DNA from: Gracilinanus agilis | Taxonomy: Eukaryota | NCBI RefSeq assembly: GCF_016433145.1 | Contig: NC_058135.1 | Coordinates: forward strand, 235,929,549 to 235,993,548 | Direction of reading: 5' to 3' | DNA length: 64,000 nt | In this document: one piece after another, positions 10,843-24,110 of the stretch | Layout of the letters: every line of letters starts with the position of its first letter | How positions within the stretch are numbered: position 1 is the first letter of the stretch | Notes under the pieces: generated by a model | The model's database searches: none | Told to the model about the DNA's origin: nothing | What the model saw: the letters and a program-made list of their open reading frames with translations, nothing else | Translations under genes and position numbers: made by a program

Positions 10843-11958
10843 AAAAGTATGTGTTGACTTCAATCTGAAGGTTCTTGTAAAGTTCTTCATGAAACTTCCC
10901 CAACTCTTCATCCTCTACATCGGTTCAAAAGTGACTGTTTCTTCTTTTAGCTTATCCTTATATAATATTGCATAGATAATAATATTATATAATACTGCAG
11001 GTCGAGATAATAGAGCATTTCAAGGATTGCAGTGACCTATAATTTATATGATGTGACTTCATTTGATCCTCACAGCAATCCTGTGAGGTAGGTGCTATTA
11101 TTATCCCTATTTTATAGTGAGGAAATTAAGACTGACAGAGGTTAAGTGATTTGCCCAGGGTCACACAGCAAGTAAATGTTTGAGATGAGATTTAAGCTCA
11201 GGGCTTTTTGACTCCAAGCCCATCATACTTACCTATTCTATAAATGTCCCTTGAAATATTTCTTGTCGCTTTTGATTATATAATGAAATCCACTAAGCTA
11301 ACTCCTTTATTTCCTTTTCCTAGGAAAACCTGAAAGCCATCCTTTTTTTTCACCTGCTCCCATCTTCTGGTTTCATTTATAATGACAATATGCCAAATGA
11401 TCAGTTTTAGCTCTTTCAGTTATACATAGACTTGTTGGTTATTGGACAAAGGTCTTACAAAGAGAAGACCAACAGTTAAATCATTGTTTATGAGGTATCC
11501 AAAAACTCTGTGATCTCTAATATTCTCTAGGGGACCACACCACAAGAGGAAAAGTGCTTTGTATTTTTCTTTGTATCAGGGGTTGCCATGGCCAAATAAT
11601 TCATCGCTGCAAGCTACTATATCTCCCAAGATTAGCTAGATTAGTCTTCTTGGACAGCAAACACTGTCTGGAAGTGTACATGAAGGTGTTTGAATGGGCT
11701 AGACTAGACCTTTAACTCTGAAGTGTAGTTTATGCCCCACTATGCAGGTATATCATTTCAGAACCCAATATTCTTACATCTTATTCACTATCCCATGCTC
11801 TGTGATCCAGTGACTATAGCCTTCTAACTATTCCTCCAACATAGGACACTCCATCTTCCAACTCTTTGTATTTTCACTGCCTGTTCTTGTGCCTGGAATT
11901 CTCTCTCATCTCTGCTTCTTTGGATTTCTTCTGCTCCCCTTTAAAATCCCACCTTCCA

Positions 11959-12138
11959 GGGGCAGCTGGGTAGCTCAGTGGATTGAGAGTCAGGCCTAGA
12001 GACAGGAGGTCCTAGGTTCAAATCCGGCCTCAGCCACTTCCCAGCTGTGTGACCCTGGGCAAGTCACTTGACCCCCATTGCCTACCCTTACCACTCTTCC
12101 ACCTATAAGTCAATACACAGAAGTTAAGGGTTTAAAAT
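11959..12138 (+). mobile_element. Young SINE1_Mdo-like SINE, truncated by the gap
   Basis: Full head and CORE. Left TSD AAAATCCCACCTTCCA at 11943-11958; the matching right TSD appears only after the duplicate copy (13852-13867). Confidence 0.9.
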
Positions 12139-12352
12139 NNNNNNNNNNNNNNNNNNNNNNNNNNNNNNNNNNNNNNNNNNNNNNNNNNNNNNNNNNNNNN
12201 NNNNNNNNNNNNNNNNNNNNNNNNNNNNNNNNNNNNNNNNNNNNNNNNNNNNNNNNNNNNNNNNNNNNNNNNNNNNNNNNNNNNNNNNNNNNNNNNNNNN
12301 NNNNNNNNNNNNNNNNNNNNNNNNNNNNNNNNNNNNNNNNNNNNNNNNNNNN
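12139..12352. other. Assembly gap (214 N)
   Basis: Run of N. Confidence 1.
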
Positions 12353-13851
12353 GGGGCAGCTGGGTAGCTCAGTGGAGTGAGAGTCAGGCCTAGAGACAGG
12401 AGGTCCTAGGTTCAAACCCGGCCTCAGCCACTTCCCAGCTGTGTGACCCTGGGCAAGTCACTTGACCCCCCATTGCCCACCCTTACCAATCTTCCACCTA
12501 TGAGACAATACACCGAAGTACAAGGGTTAAAAAAAAAAAAAAGTATGTGTTGACTTCAATCTGAAGGTTCTTGTAAAGTTCTTCATGAAACTTCCCCAAC
12601 TCTTCATCCTCTACATCGGTTCAAAAGTGACTGTTTCTTCTTTTAGCTTATCCTTATATAATATTGCATAGATAATAATATTATATAATACTGCAGGTCG
12701 AGATAATAGAGCATTTCAAGGATTGCAGTGACCTATAATTTATATGATGTGACTTCATTTGATCCTCACAGCAATCCTGTGAGGTAGGTGCTATTATTAT
12801 CCCTATTTTATAGTGAGGAAATTAAGACTGACAGAGGTTAAGTGATTTGCCCAGGGTCACACAGCAAGTAAATGTTTGAGATGAGATTTAAGCTCAGGGC
12901 TTTTTGACTCCAAGCCCATCATACTTACCTATTCTATAAATGTCCCTTGAAATATTTCTTGTCGCTTTTGATTATATAATGAAATCCACTAAGCTAACTC
13001 CTTTATTTCCTTTTCCTAGGAAAACCTGAAAGCCATCCTTTTTTTCACCTGCTCCCATCTTCTGGTTTCATTTATAATGACAATATCCCAAATGATTAGA
13101 TTTAGCTCTTTCAGTTATACATAGACTTGTTGGTTATTGGACAAAGGTCTTACAAAGAGAAGACCAACAGTTAAATCATTGTTTATGAGGTATCCAAAAA
13201 CTCTGTGATCTCTAATATTCTCTAGGGGACCACACCACAAGAGGAAAAGTGCTTTGTATTTTTCTTTGTATCAGGGGTTGCCATGGCCAAATAATTCATC
13301 GCTGCAAGCTACTATATCTCCCAAGATTAGCTAGATTAGTCTTCTTGGACAGCAAACACTGTCTGGAAGTGTACATGAAGGTGTTTGAATGGGCTAGACT
13401 AGACCTTTAACTCTGAAGTGTAGTTTATGCCCCACTATGCAGGTATATCATTTCAGAACCCAATATTCTTACATCTTATTCACTATCCCATGCTCTGTGA
13501 TCCAGTGACTATAGCCTTCTAACTATTCCTCCAACATAGGACACTCCATCTTCCAACTCTTTGTATTTTCACTGCCTGTTCTTGTGCCTGGAATTCTCTC
13601 TCATCTCTGCTTCTTTGGATTTCTTCTGCTCCCCTTTAAAATCCCACCTTCCAGGGGCAGCTGGGTAGCTCAGTGGATTGAGAGTCAGGCCTAGAGACAG
13701 GAGGTCCTGGGTTCAAATCCGGCCTCAGCCACTTCCCAGCTGTGTGACCCTGGGCAAGTCACTTGACCCCCATTGCCTACCCTTACCACTCTTCCACCTA
13801 TAAGTCAATANTAAGTCAATACACAGAAGTTAAGGGTTTAAAATGAAAAAA
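12353..13851 (+). repeat. Near-identical second copy of 10657-12138 (includes SINEs at 12353-12542 and 13654-13851)
   Basis: Visual comparison shows 5 substitutions and one 1-bp indel, plus a 10-bp repeat around a single N at 13811. Confidence 0.95.
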
Positions 13852-14729
13852 AAAATCCCACCTTCCAAAGAAAAATCTACCTTTTCCGCCTTACCTCTGT
13901 TAATTATCTCCATTTGATCCAGTATGAAGCTTGTTTGTACCTAGTTGTTTGCACTTTGTATTTTTTAATGTATTATGTTGTTATGTATTATGTATTCTGG
14001 AAGGAAAGGACTGTCTTTTGCTTTTCTTTGTATCTCCAGCACTTAGCACAGTGCCTAGTACCTAGTAAGTGCTTAATTAATTCATGTTGACTCACTTAAC
14101 TGAAGAGGTAGACTCTTGCTGAAATTGTTGGGCAACCTCTTTGCAAAGTTCTAAGTCTTTGTGACACTCAAAGTTTCACCATCTCTGGTAATTGGTTTTG
14201 TTCAGGCTTATTCCGACTCTACCTATTCTTCTTCCTAGGTACCTAGAGATCACCCCCAATCCCTCCTGCACTTCTCTACTTTCTGCTATACATTCCAAAC
14301 CCACAACAGCTTGTTTATCAGAGAGAAGAGAGTGATTTATAAAAAAATAACATATCGGGCTTACTGGCAATAAAAATTCATCTATCCACATATTGCTTTG
14401 TAATCCCCATCCTTGGTTAACTAGCAATAGCTTACACATTGGATGATAAAATTAGAATTCCAAAAGAGCCAAACAAATTAGAATTATGGACCAAAATAGG
14501 AATGTGCTGAAATTTAACAGAGATAAATATAAAGGCTTACTCTTGTGAGGTTGATGTCTTGAACTCAAGCACAAAACAGAGAGGTGTAATCAGAAAGTAA
14601 TTTATCTGATAAAGATTTGGAGAAGAATGATATGAATTAAAGCTAGAAATGTAAGGCAGTACCTGCAAGGCTGAAAAACTTGAAACTTCTGGGAACCACT
14701 GAAGAGGTTTTTTGTTTGTTTGTTTGTTT

Positions 14730-14890
14730 GTTTTTAAACTTTACCTTCTGGCTTAGAACCAATATAGAAGAGAGGTCATGGGGGTTAGGTGACTTGCTCA
14801 GTCACATAGCTAGGAAGTGTCTGAGGCCAGATTTGTACCCAGCACCTCCCATCTCCAGACCTGGCTCTCCATCTACTGAACCAGGACCAT
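14730..14890 (-). mobile_element. SINE1_Mdo-like SINE
   Basis: ttttaaactttaccttctggcttagaacc...ctaggaagtgtctgaggccagatttg. Confidence 0.8.
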
Positions 14891-15243
14891 ATCTTTGGAT
14901 GATGGAATTTAGAATTCCGTCATCCAAAGATATGGTCCTGGTATACGTCTACTCAAAACTCTTCAGTGGTGGGGCATGGGGTTGGGGTGGGGGTTTGCAG
15001 CTGGATGTCTTCATTTTACAGATATGGAAGCTGAGGCCCAATAAGCAGAAACAATTTGCCCAAGGTCACATGGATAAGAAGTAGCAGAGTTGGGATCTGA
15101 ATAGCCCAGCCTTCTTTCCATCACATCTAGCCTGCCTGGAAGTTACCCCTCAAACGTAGAGAAAAGAATTCTAGAGGTGGTATGAATGAGCTTCCTCATC
15201 TCTGGCCCCCAACCGGGGGTCTTTGGCTGAAGCATTGGGTGAG

Positions 15244-15300
15244 GAGGGAGAGAGAGAGAGAGAGAGAAAAGGAGAGTGAGAGTGAGAGTGTGAGAGTGTG
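15244..15300 (+). repeat. (GA)n / (GAGAGT)n microsatellite
   Basis: Read directly. Confidence 0.9.
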
Positions 15301-16844
15301 TTGGGGAGGAGGGGCTATATGCTGCCTTCCTGTGGGATTATATCCTGTTCTGGGTCTTTCCTCCACCTCCCCTCTTTTAATTCCTCTCCCTACCTCCAAT
15401 CTAAGATGCTTCCCCAGGCATCAGGTGCTATAACCTCAGGGAATGCAGACTAATTATAGCTGAAACTGGGCCAAAGCTTGCCTCATTAGCTGTGCCCTGC
15501 CCTGGGAACCACCCTTCTGCAGGTCCCTTTAATCAGCTGTAGTTACCTTCTCCTTCCCTGTCCCTCCCAATAAATAAATGCTTCTTGACCCTAGACCTTG
15601 TGGGTTGCCTGGAAGGCTGTGAGACCATTATGGACAATGCTTCCCTTTCCCAGGCGCTTGGACTGTTAGTCTTCTTGAACTTATCTTAGAGCAGAGAATA
15701 TCAGGGCTGGGAGGGGCCAAGGAATATTGAATGCTAAGATTGGAACATAGATGTCAGAAAAGAGGAATCTCAGGTGATAGAATTTCAGGTCAAGGAGGAA
15801 CCTTAGTACATACAATAAATAGTATTTGGAACTGGGAGGGACTTTGGAATATAGAACATGGAATGTCAGAACAGGAAGAGAGTGAACTTGTTATCTGAGA
15901 AGGACAAGAAAGATGGCTTTTGGCAGGGAATCCCACCATTTCATATTTGGAGGAGACCACAGAGCTCATCTTCTCCAAGCTGAACCTGACCTGAAATCTC
16001 TGTTTTGTCCATCCATACTTTGCTTCTTTCAGTATTATAAATGGGAGGGGTGGGACTGAGGCTTAGCAAGTGAAAAGGATTTGCCCAAAGTCACATAGGC
16101 AGTCAGTGTGGTAGAGATAGCATTGGAAACCCAGTTTTTTGATTCCCCATTTAATGCAGCTTCCAAGCTTCAGATACTGCCTCCCTAATCCTGCGAGGAC
16201 TTAAGGGAGCTGTAAGTAAGGGGAAGGGTTTCTTAGGGCCTCCTGGGTGATCCCCTCCTGTACCCACCTTCCCCCAGCTGCAACCCTGTTCTTTAGGAGT
16301 GAGGGGTGGAGGAGGAAGAAGAGAACAATTTCCCCTAAAAATCCATCCCAGAGCTACAGCGTGGAAGGTTGGAGGGGTGGGTGAAAAGCATCTCCCCTCC
16401 CCTCTCTAGGCAATTGGTCTGTGATCTGGCTCCTCCCAAATCCAGAGGACAGGTGTTCAGGGCATGAAAGAGGGGATGGTAATGAGCTGTGACATATTGA
16501 GGTCAAAGAAGTAGGCAGCCACAACCCTGGTGGGTTGAACAGAAGAAGGAACATAAACCCTGTGTGTCCCATGAGGAAGGTGCCATAGGAGCTGAGTGTA
16601 ATCAGTTACCAAAGGAGAGGGAAGTGTGCCAGTAAACTTGTCCCCACTTGGAAATAGAACATACTTTGTTGCTTCCTGCAGCAGTTTTGGCTTTTCTTTG
16701 GGCCCCCAGTGTCACACGTTCTTGGGGTCAACATTGTCACTGAATGGAGGGAAGGCGGTGATGAAACTGGGGATTCAGAGATTGTGGAAGGCCAGATTTC
16801 TTTTTTTTTTCCTTCAGGAAATGAAAAAGGCATTTTTAAGTGCC

Positions 16845-17460
16845 TAGAAATGAAAACTTTTTTTTTACAATAAATGATTCACATTTTAGTATATTATCTT
16901 TTTTAAATTAAAAAAAAATTTATTTCCATGCAAAGCACACTTCCATATTGGTCATGGTTGTAAGAGCACACTCACACATAACCAAAACCCCGAAAGAAAA
17001 CCATGAAGACACTCTTATGAAAGGCGACCCTTACAATTCTTTCTCTGGAAGCAGAGAGCATTCCCTGTCCTAAGGCTTTCAGGATTATCCCAGTTCATTG
17101 CATTGCTGAGAATAGCCAAGTTTTCACAGCTGATCATTGTCCAATATCTAGTTCTGCTTTTTTCTCTCTCTGCATCAATTTCTGCAGATCTTTCTAGCTT
17201 TTTCTGAAATCATCTTGTTTATCATTTCTTTTTTTTCTTTTTAAATATTTTCCTTGGTTACATGATTCATGCTATCTCCATTGGGTTTATACACGTGTTA
17301 TCACTCCCTTATCATTTTTTGTAGCACAATAGTATTCCATTACCAACATGTACCACAATTTGTTCAGCCATTCCCCAGGCAATGGACATCCTCTCAGTTT
17401 CCAATTCTTTGCCATCACAAAAAAGAGCTGCTATAAATGTTTTCGTACAAGTAGGCAAAG
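16845..17460 (-). mobile_element. L1 3' fragment
   Basis: Same antisense L1 motifs as 8948-9745 (cattgcattgctgagaatagc; caatttgttcagccattcccc; aaaaagagctgctataaat). Confidence 0.8.
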
Positions 17461-18817
17461 TCCTGATTTAAAGGAACATTTTTTAAGCTGAGCTTTGTGA
17501 GAAGCAAAGAGGGACAGATAGTGCTAAATGGGCAGACCTTTTTGGGAGAGTTGTATTCAGTTCTGAGGCTGTATTTTAAGAAAGAATGATAAACTGAGAG
17601 TGTGCCTAGGGAAGACTTACTCAAATGGAGAGAGACCTAAAACCAATCCCTTACAAGAATTGGTTGACAACTGGGGACGGTAGCCTCTAGAAAGAGAATA
17701 TTTGGGAATGTTTGCTTCTAGAAGAGAATATTTGGATGGGGAGTGGAATGACCAGTCTTCATATGCCTAAAAGGCTTCATGTTCTACCTGGCAGAATGCA
17801 CAGGAATGCTGGAAGGGATCTTAGAGGGTGTAGTGTCTAACCTGGACACCCAAAGTTTAGTTAAGTGCCTTGTCTAGACTACATAGCTAGTTGGTGTCTT
17901 AAGGCAGGATTTGAACCTAGGTCTTCCTGATTTTAATTCCTGTGCTCTATCTACTTCACTGCTCTGACTCTCTTGTTGCAGAGAAGCAGATTCCTGCTAG
18001 GGTTAGGAAGCATTTCCTAACTATCAGAGTCATCCAGAAATGGAATAAGCGCCTTTGGAACTAGATGAACTAGAAGATTTCTTTCAGCTATGAGATTCTA
18101 TGATCTCTAGGACTTGATTCCTGCCATTCTGAAGTTACAATCTAATAAACTTACTGGCCTTCTTATTGTACATCTGACGTTGGAAAGATTCCCGAGGGAG
18201 AGAATCAGGAAAGGCATTAGAATTGGGCCGATGGGAATGGTTTGTACAAAGGGCAGTAATGAATTCCCTTTTTCAACTTTCTTTGTGGGATGGGGGTGGG
18301 TGACCCCAAGAATTTGTCCAAGGTGTATGTGGAAAAAAAAAAAAAAGAAAGCACCTATGTTGAATGGGCTGTGTTTCTCCCACCTTATCCTGCCCATGAT
18401 TAACATCTTCCTCGGTCTCACTTTTAATGTAACTAGAGAAGCCTAAGCTGCTGTGACCTGCTTTCGATGCCCCAATCTCCCCATCTCCCCATCTCCCCAG
18501 GAAGAGGACTGTGTTGGGGGAGGGAAAGCATTAAACTGGGGGTGGGGCTGAGCCAGTCTGAAGTGAGGACCTGGGGTTTGTGGCCCTATGAGGATGGGGT
18601 GCCGGGGGACCCAACAAAGACAGGGGCAGGGGGTAGTGCACCCTGCTAAGTCACCAGCCTGACTCATTCTCTGACTACTGGGTATTAGATCTCACCTGTC
18701 TAGCCAGCTCTTAGCACTTGGGCCAGACTTGATAGGGGCGCTGTCCATCTCTCAGTGCTGAAGGATCATCCCTGAGACTGTTGCGCCCCCCACCTCTCCC
18801 CTCTCTATCCCACCTAG

Positions 18818-18974
18818 TCCAGTCTGGCCTTCTAGAGTAAGAAGTTCTGGACAGAGTTGGGTAGGGGTGGGGGGACGCCTATGAGAAGTCCCTGATGCTT
18901 CCTCTGGACCCCTGAAGCCCTGTGTGCTCATCACCAGCTCTGAGCCTCCACTACTGCAATTTTCGTCACTCCAG
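18818..18974 (+). other. Candidate non-coding exon
   Basis: Pyrimidine tract 18786-18814 then TAG acceptor; perfect donor CAG|GTAAGT at 18974/18975. ATG-started frames close early. Confidence 0.35.
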
Positions 18975-20914
18975 GTAAGTATCCAGGATTGGGTTCAAGG
19001 GTCCTGCTGTGACCTGGGAGGGCTGGAAGGGTTCTCCTTTAGGGGTCCTCTGAGGGCAGGGCAGAATAGCGCCTAGCCCCCTAGACAGATTAGTGCTGTT
19101 AGGGCAGCCTTCAGATAATCCAGATATCCATTCCTGGGGCTGGACAGAGACATTGTGTGTGTCAAAGTCAGGACTTAAACTAAGGTCTTTTTTACTCCAA
19201 GGCCAGCTCTCTATCCATTATGTCACTCAGCCTTTCTAGGAACTTTATTGATAATAATGATTTTATTGCTAATAATAATACATTCCTTAGTGCTTCCATA
19301 GTTTGCAAAATGCTTTCCTAGCAACAGTCCTGTAAGGCAGATAGCACAAGTGTGATAATGACCCTGTTTTATGGGTGAGTAAACTGAGGCAGAGAAGTTA
19401 CTTGCTTAGGGTCACAGAAGTAGGACATGGGGTTATCCAAATCTTTCAACTTCAAGTTCAAGGCTCTTACTAATACATTGTTCACTACAAGGCCAGGGAT
19501 ATTTTCCAATTCAATTCAATTTAGTTCAATTTTATTTAACACGTAAGGCACTACTTTAGGCTCTGGGGATACAAAGACAAAACCAAATTTTATTAAAAAG
19601 TCCTTCCTCTTGAGGAATTTACATTCTAATTTTTGAGCTGAAAGGGGCTTCAAAGCTCACCTAGTCTAAAGGAGGTTTCTTGTCTCCCCAAACCAGCCCA
19701 CTTTCCTTGATTCTTATGAACTTTTGAATTCAACACTCTGGGCTATGTGTCTCCTGTCACTTTCTTCTTTCTTTCATCTCAACTTTTCCAACAAGGTCTC
19801 CAGGCATTATTCTCCACCCAGGGATTGACAGTTGGACTCTCTTCTGTCTAACAGATTAAATCTCCCAGTCTCTAACTCATCTATCCCCTACCCCTTAAAA
19901 AGATACACTTAGCAAAGTCTTTGAAATCCCCTCCTTGAAAGACCACTAGCCCCGTTTCTTCATCTCTGACTTTCAGACCTCCTCTTACACCTCCTCCAAT
20001 CCAGTGTTAGCAATCTCAGAAAGAGTGATTCAGAGGGTGGTCATTGTGGTGCAGGGAGTGGGACTTTCTGTCTTGTAACAACTCTAAGACAGAAGAGCAA
20101 GGGTTAGGCAAACAGGATTAAGAGACTTACCCAGGGTTACAATGAAGTCACATTTGAACCCAGATCCTCTGGATTCTCTAACCACTGAGCCACCCAGCTG
20201 CCCTTTTTTTGAGTGGGGGGGACAGATAGGGATGACAACAGTTCTTGGCTTTACCAATTACTAGCCATGTGACCTTGACAAATCTCTTTCCCTTCTTGAG
20301 CCTCGGTGCCTTTATTGTTCAGAAAGTTTATAATAATACTTTGTACTGCCTACCTCACAGGGTTTTTGTCCAGAAAGAGTGGATAAATGAATGAATTTTA
20401 AAGAAGCATTTATTGAGCACTTACTATATGCAAAGTATATCATAGGATCACAGATTTAGATTTAAAAAGAATCTCAAAGCACCCTTGTTTTATAGATGTA
20501 GAAACTGAGGCCTGAAGAGCTTAGCTTAAGTGATTTGTCTAATTGATTGCTTAGAGGTTAAGTAGCAGAACCAGTGGCAGAACAAATATTATCTAGTTTA
20601 ATTTGAACTTTGGTCTTCCGACTTCAAATCTACCCTTTCCACTGGATTATGCTTCCTCTTTGGACCCCCAAAGTAGCATAGAAATGGGGGCTATTATTAT
20701 TACCATCATCAACTCACTTAAGTTTTTAGTATTTGAGCAAAACAGAGATAAGCAACTTGGATTTTCCAACAGTTATAAGCTGTCTTATCATGTTCACTTG
20801 TGGGGTCACAAGACCATAAAATTAGAAGTGGAAGAGATCATGGAGGTCATCTAGTTGAACCCCCTTATTTTATAGGTAACAAAACTGAGACCCAGGGAAA
20901 GGAACTGTCTCATT

Positions 20915-21070
20915 TAGAATCGAATGAGGGAATAGCTAGATGGGCACTTCCTAGTTGTGTGACCCTGGGAAAGTCACTTGATTCCATTTGCCTAGTCCTT
21001 ACTGGTCTTTTGCCTTGGGAACCAATACTTAGTATTGATTCTAAGACAGAAGGTAAGGGTTAAAAAAATA
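20915..21070 (+). mobile_element. SINE1_Mdo-like SINE, 5' degraded
   Basis: tgtgtgaccctgggaaagtcactt...tattgattctaagacagaaggtaagggttaaaaaa. Confidence 0.8.
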
Positions 21071-23069
21071 AAGTTACATAGGCAATAGGTCTTCAGCTCA
21101 TCACTTTCCAGACTGCCACAAGTCATATCACCCTTCTCCCTCAGTTTCTTTTTCTGTAAAATGGGCATATACCACTTACCTCACTTGGTTGTTTTGAGAT
21201 AAATACTATATAAATAGGAGCCCTTATTTTGGAAGGGGGATAGGAAAATGCAGAGGAGGGATCCTCTCTATTTAAAGTAGCCCTTTACTACTTGCTTGTT
21301 GAAATGTAGCCCTAGGACTTCTGGCTATTGCCCTTAGAGGAATCTGCAAACTGGAGGTTTTGTGGGGGCTAGTTTCATTGTTCAGCTTCCCTATACCTAG
21401 AAGACAAGGGGGCTAAACTCACAAAGTCCCTAACTAGGAAACATGACTCCTTCTTGTTCTTCCAGTGGAGCAGGATAGGACCTGATCTGGTCTGGGGCTG
21501 TACCTCTTGGGGCCTTTTCTAGGCCATGGGAATCAGGTGACAGCCCTCTTCCTAATGTGCTTGTTTGGGAAATGGGGAGACCATGTTTCTCCCTAGCCCT
21601 GCAGGCAGTCACACTACCTTTCTGGGAAAAGAACAGTAAATAGATCATAGACTCATAGTATTTAGAATCTCAGAGGGGACCCTTGAGATTACTGGGTCCA
21701 AACCCTTCATTTTACAGATGAGGAAACTGAGGCAAACAGAGATTAACTGATTTGCCCAGGGTCGCAGAGCTATTAAGTGAGGTGGGATTTGAATCTAGGA
21801 TTATACTGAACTGCCTTTTTTTAATCCTTCCATTTAGTATGGGAGGCCCAGGGAGAGAAAGTCATTTCAACAAGCAAGTAGTAAAGCTAGGATTCAAACC
21901 TTCCATTCTACCAGGTAAGGAGCACCTAAGGTGACCAGGCTTTATCAAGAGGCACCTAGTGCCAAGATACGTAAGCCCCAAAACTTGGCACAGATCATTG
22001 GCCCCCATCTCCACAGGCAGAGCCAAATGGAGAATTAAACCAGGCCACTACTCCCCTGGCCCCTTGAGAAATCCTATGCAATTGATAATGGCCCTCGAAA
22101 TTATGGAGATAATTGACAACTAAACCAGACTGCCTAAGGCAGAGGGGAGGGACCAGTAAATAAGCATTTATTAAGTGCCTAATTTTGATCTTTACAATTA
22201 TAATAATGATGCTAACAACTAACGTTTATATAGAACTTACTGTGTGCCAAGCACTATACTAAGCACCTTACAATTATTACCTCATTTGATCCTCACAACG
22301 ACCATACTTTGTGTCTTAGTAACCAAAAATTCCAATAGGTTCTATTGTTATCTCCATTTTATAGATGAGGAAACTGAGGCTAACAGAGGTGAAATGACTT
22401 GCCTAGAGTTACTCAGCTAGTAAGTTTCTAAGGCTAAATTTGAACTTGGGCTCAGAATGCTCTATTTACTTCACTATGCCTAGAATGGGAATTATCCAGG
22501 AAATCTCGTGCCTAGAGTGCCTCCAAAGGATTTTTTTTATCTTGAATGGAGATTCAGAGTCCCTTAGAGCTCTGGATCTCTAGTAATATGTGATGCTAAT
22601 TTCTTTTTAAAAAAAAGTTAATTGATGCATTTTGTTCTGATTTATGTATTGCTATCATTTTCCATTGCCCTCTCCACAAAGAACAAACTTCTGCAACAAA
22701 AATGTAGTTAAGCAAAACCAACAGACATACTGATTGTGTTTGACAACTTGAATATTATGATTCTTTTATTTTCTACCTTAAGTATCGCTCTGATCATTTT
22801 CAGTGTGGTATGAAGTCAAAAGACCTGGACTGGTATTAGTTCTATAATTACTCCTTGTATGACCTTGGGCAAATTTCTTTCATTTTCATTTCTTCGTCTG
22901 TAAAATTGGTAATTGAACTAGATAATCTCTAAAGGTCCCTTCCATCCCTCAAAACCTATGAACTGTAACCTTGCGTGAGTTAGTGTAATCACCTTCATGT
23001 CTTGGTTTTCTCATCTATGAAAGGTGGAGGCTGGACTCCATGGACTGCAGGTCCCTTCCAACTCTAGAG

Positions 23070-23700
23070 TTAGTCAGTGCACATTTGTTAAGCACCTACT
23101 ATGTGCCAGGTTCTGTGCTAAGTGCTGGGGATACAAAAAAAGAAAAAAGATAGTTCCTACCCTCAAGGAGCTCACCATCTAATGGGAGGGACAATAAGCA
23201 AACATTCGTGCAAACGAGATATATACAGGATAAAGAAGAAATAACTAAAAGAGGCAAGGTTCTAGAATTGAGGGGTTGGGAAAGTCCTTCAGAAGAGGAT
23301 GGGACTTGGAGGAAGCCAGGGAAGTCAAGAGATGGAGATGAAGAAGGAGAGAATTCCAGGCATGAGAGACAGCCAGTGAAAATGCCTGGACTTAGGGATG
23401 GAGTATTTTATTTGTGGAACAGTGAGGAAGTCAGTGCCTAAAGGTTGAAGAGTATATGGTGAGGAGTAAAGTATAACAAGACTGGAAAGATAGGAAGGGG
23501 TTAGGTTATGAAGAATTTGAATCCCAAACAGAACATTTTGTATTTGATTCTGGAGGTGAGAAGGAGCCATTGGAGTAGGAAGATAATACTTGTGCTTTAG
23601 GAAAATCACTTGGGGGATTGAAGAGGATGGACTGAAGTGGGAAGTTATTCATGGGAGGCAGACTAACTAGCAGTCTATTGCAGTGGTGCAGGTATGAGGT
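23070..23700 (-). mobile_element. L2 LINE 3' fragment
   Basis: aagcacctactatgtgccagg...ctcaaggagctcaccatctaatggg, continuing through typical L2 purine-rich sequence. Confidence 0.85.
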
Positions 23701-23794
23701 TATAAGGTCTCAGTTTCTTTATTTATAAAATGAGAGTGTTGGACTTGATTATCTTTGGGACCCTTCAAACTCTAATGACCTAATCCTTTTTTTT

Positions 23795-24110
23795 TTTCTA
23801 TCTTATTTTTTCCAAATCCAATTCCAACTTTTGAGATTCATTTTTTAAAATTTGAGTTTCAAATTCTCTTCCTCCCTACTTGAGAAGGCAAGCAATTTGC
23901 TATAGATTATCCATGTTCAGTCATGCAAAATAGATTTCCGTGTTAGCTATTTGCAAAAGAAAGCAGAAAACCCCAAGAAAAATAAAGTGGGAAAAGGGCA
24001 GGTTTTGATCTGTATTCAGCCTGTATCACTTCTTTCTCTGAAGGTGAAGAACATTTTTTATGAGTCCTTCAGAACTGTCTTGGATCATTGTATTGCTGAG
24101 AATAGCTAAA
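23795..24110 (-). mobile_element. L1 3' fragment
   Basis: ttgagtttcaaattctc...gaactgtcttggatcattgtattgctgagaatagctaa. Confidence 0.75.

Larger units (their letters stand above)
11760..14090 (+). mobile_element. L2 3' fragment, interrupted by a SINE and by the assembly duplication
   Basis: ctctgtgatccagtgac...gcctggaattctctc...aaaatcccaccttcc; terminal cttagcacagtgcctagtacctagtaagtgcttaat at about 14040-14080. Confidence 0.65.

Noticed and set aside
12078-12415. ORFs spanning N gaps (also 35959-36366)
   Set aside because: They are open only because N codons translate as X.
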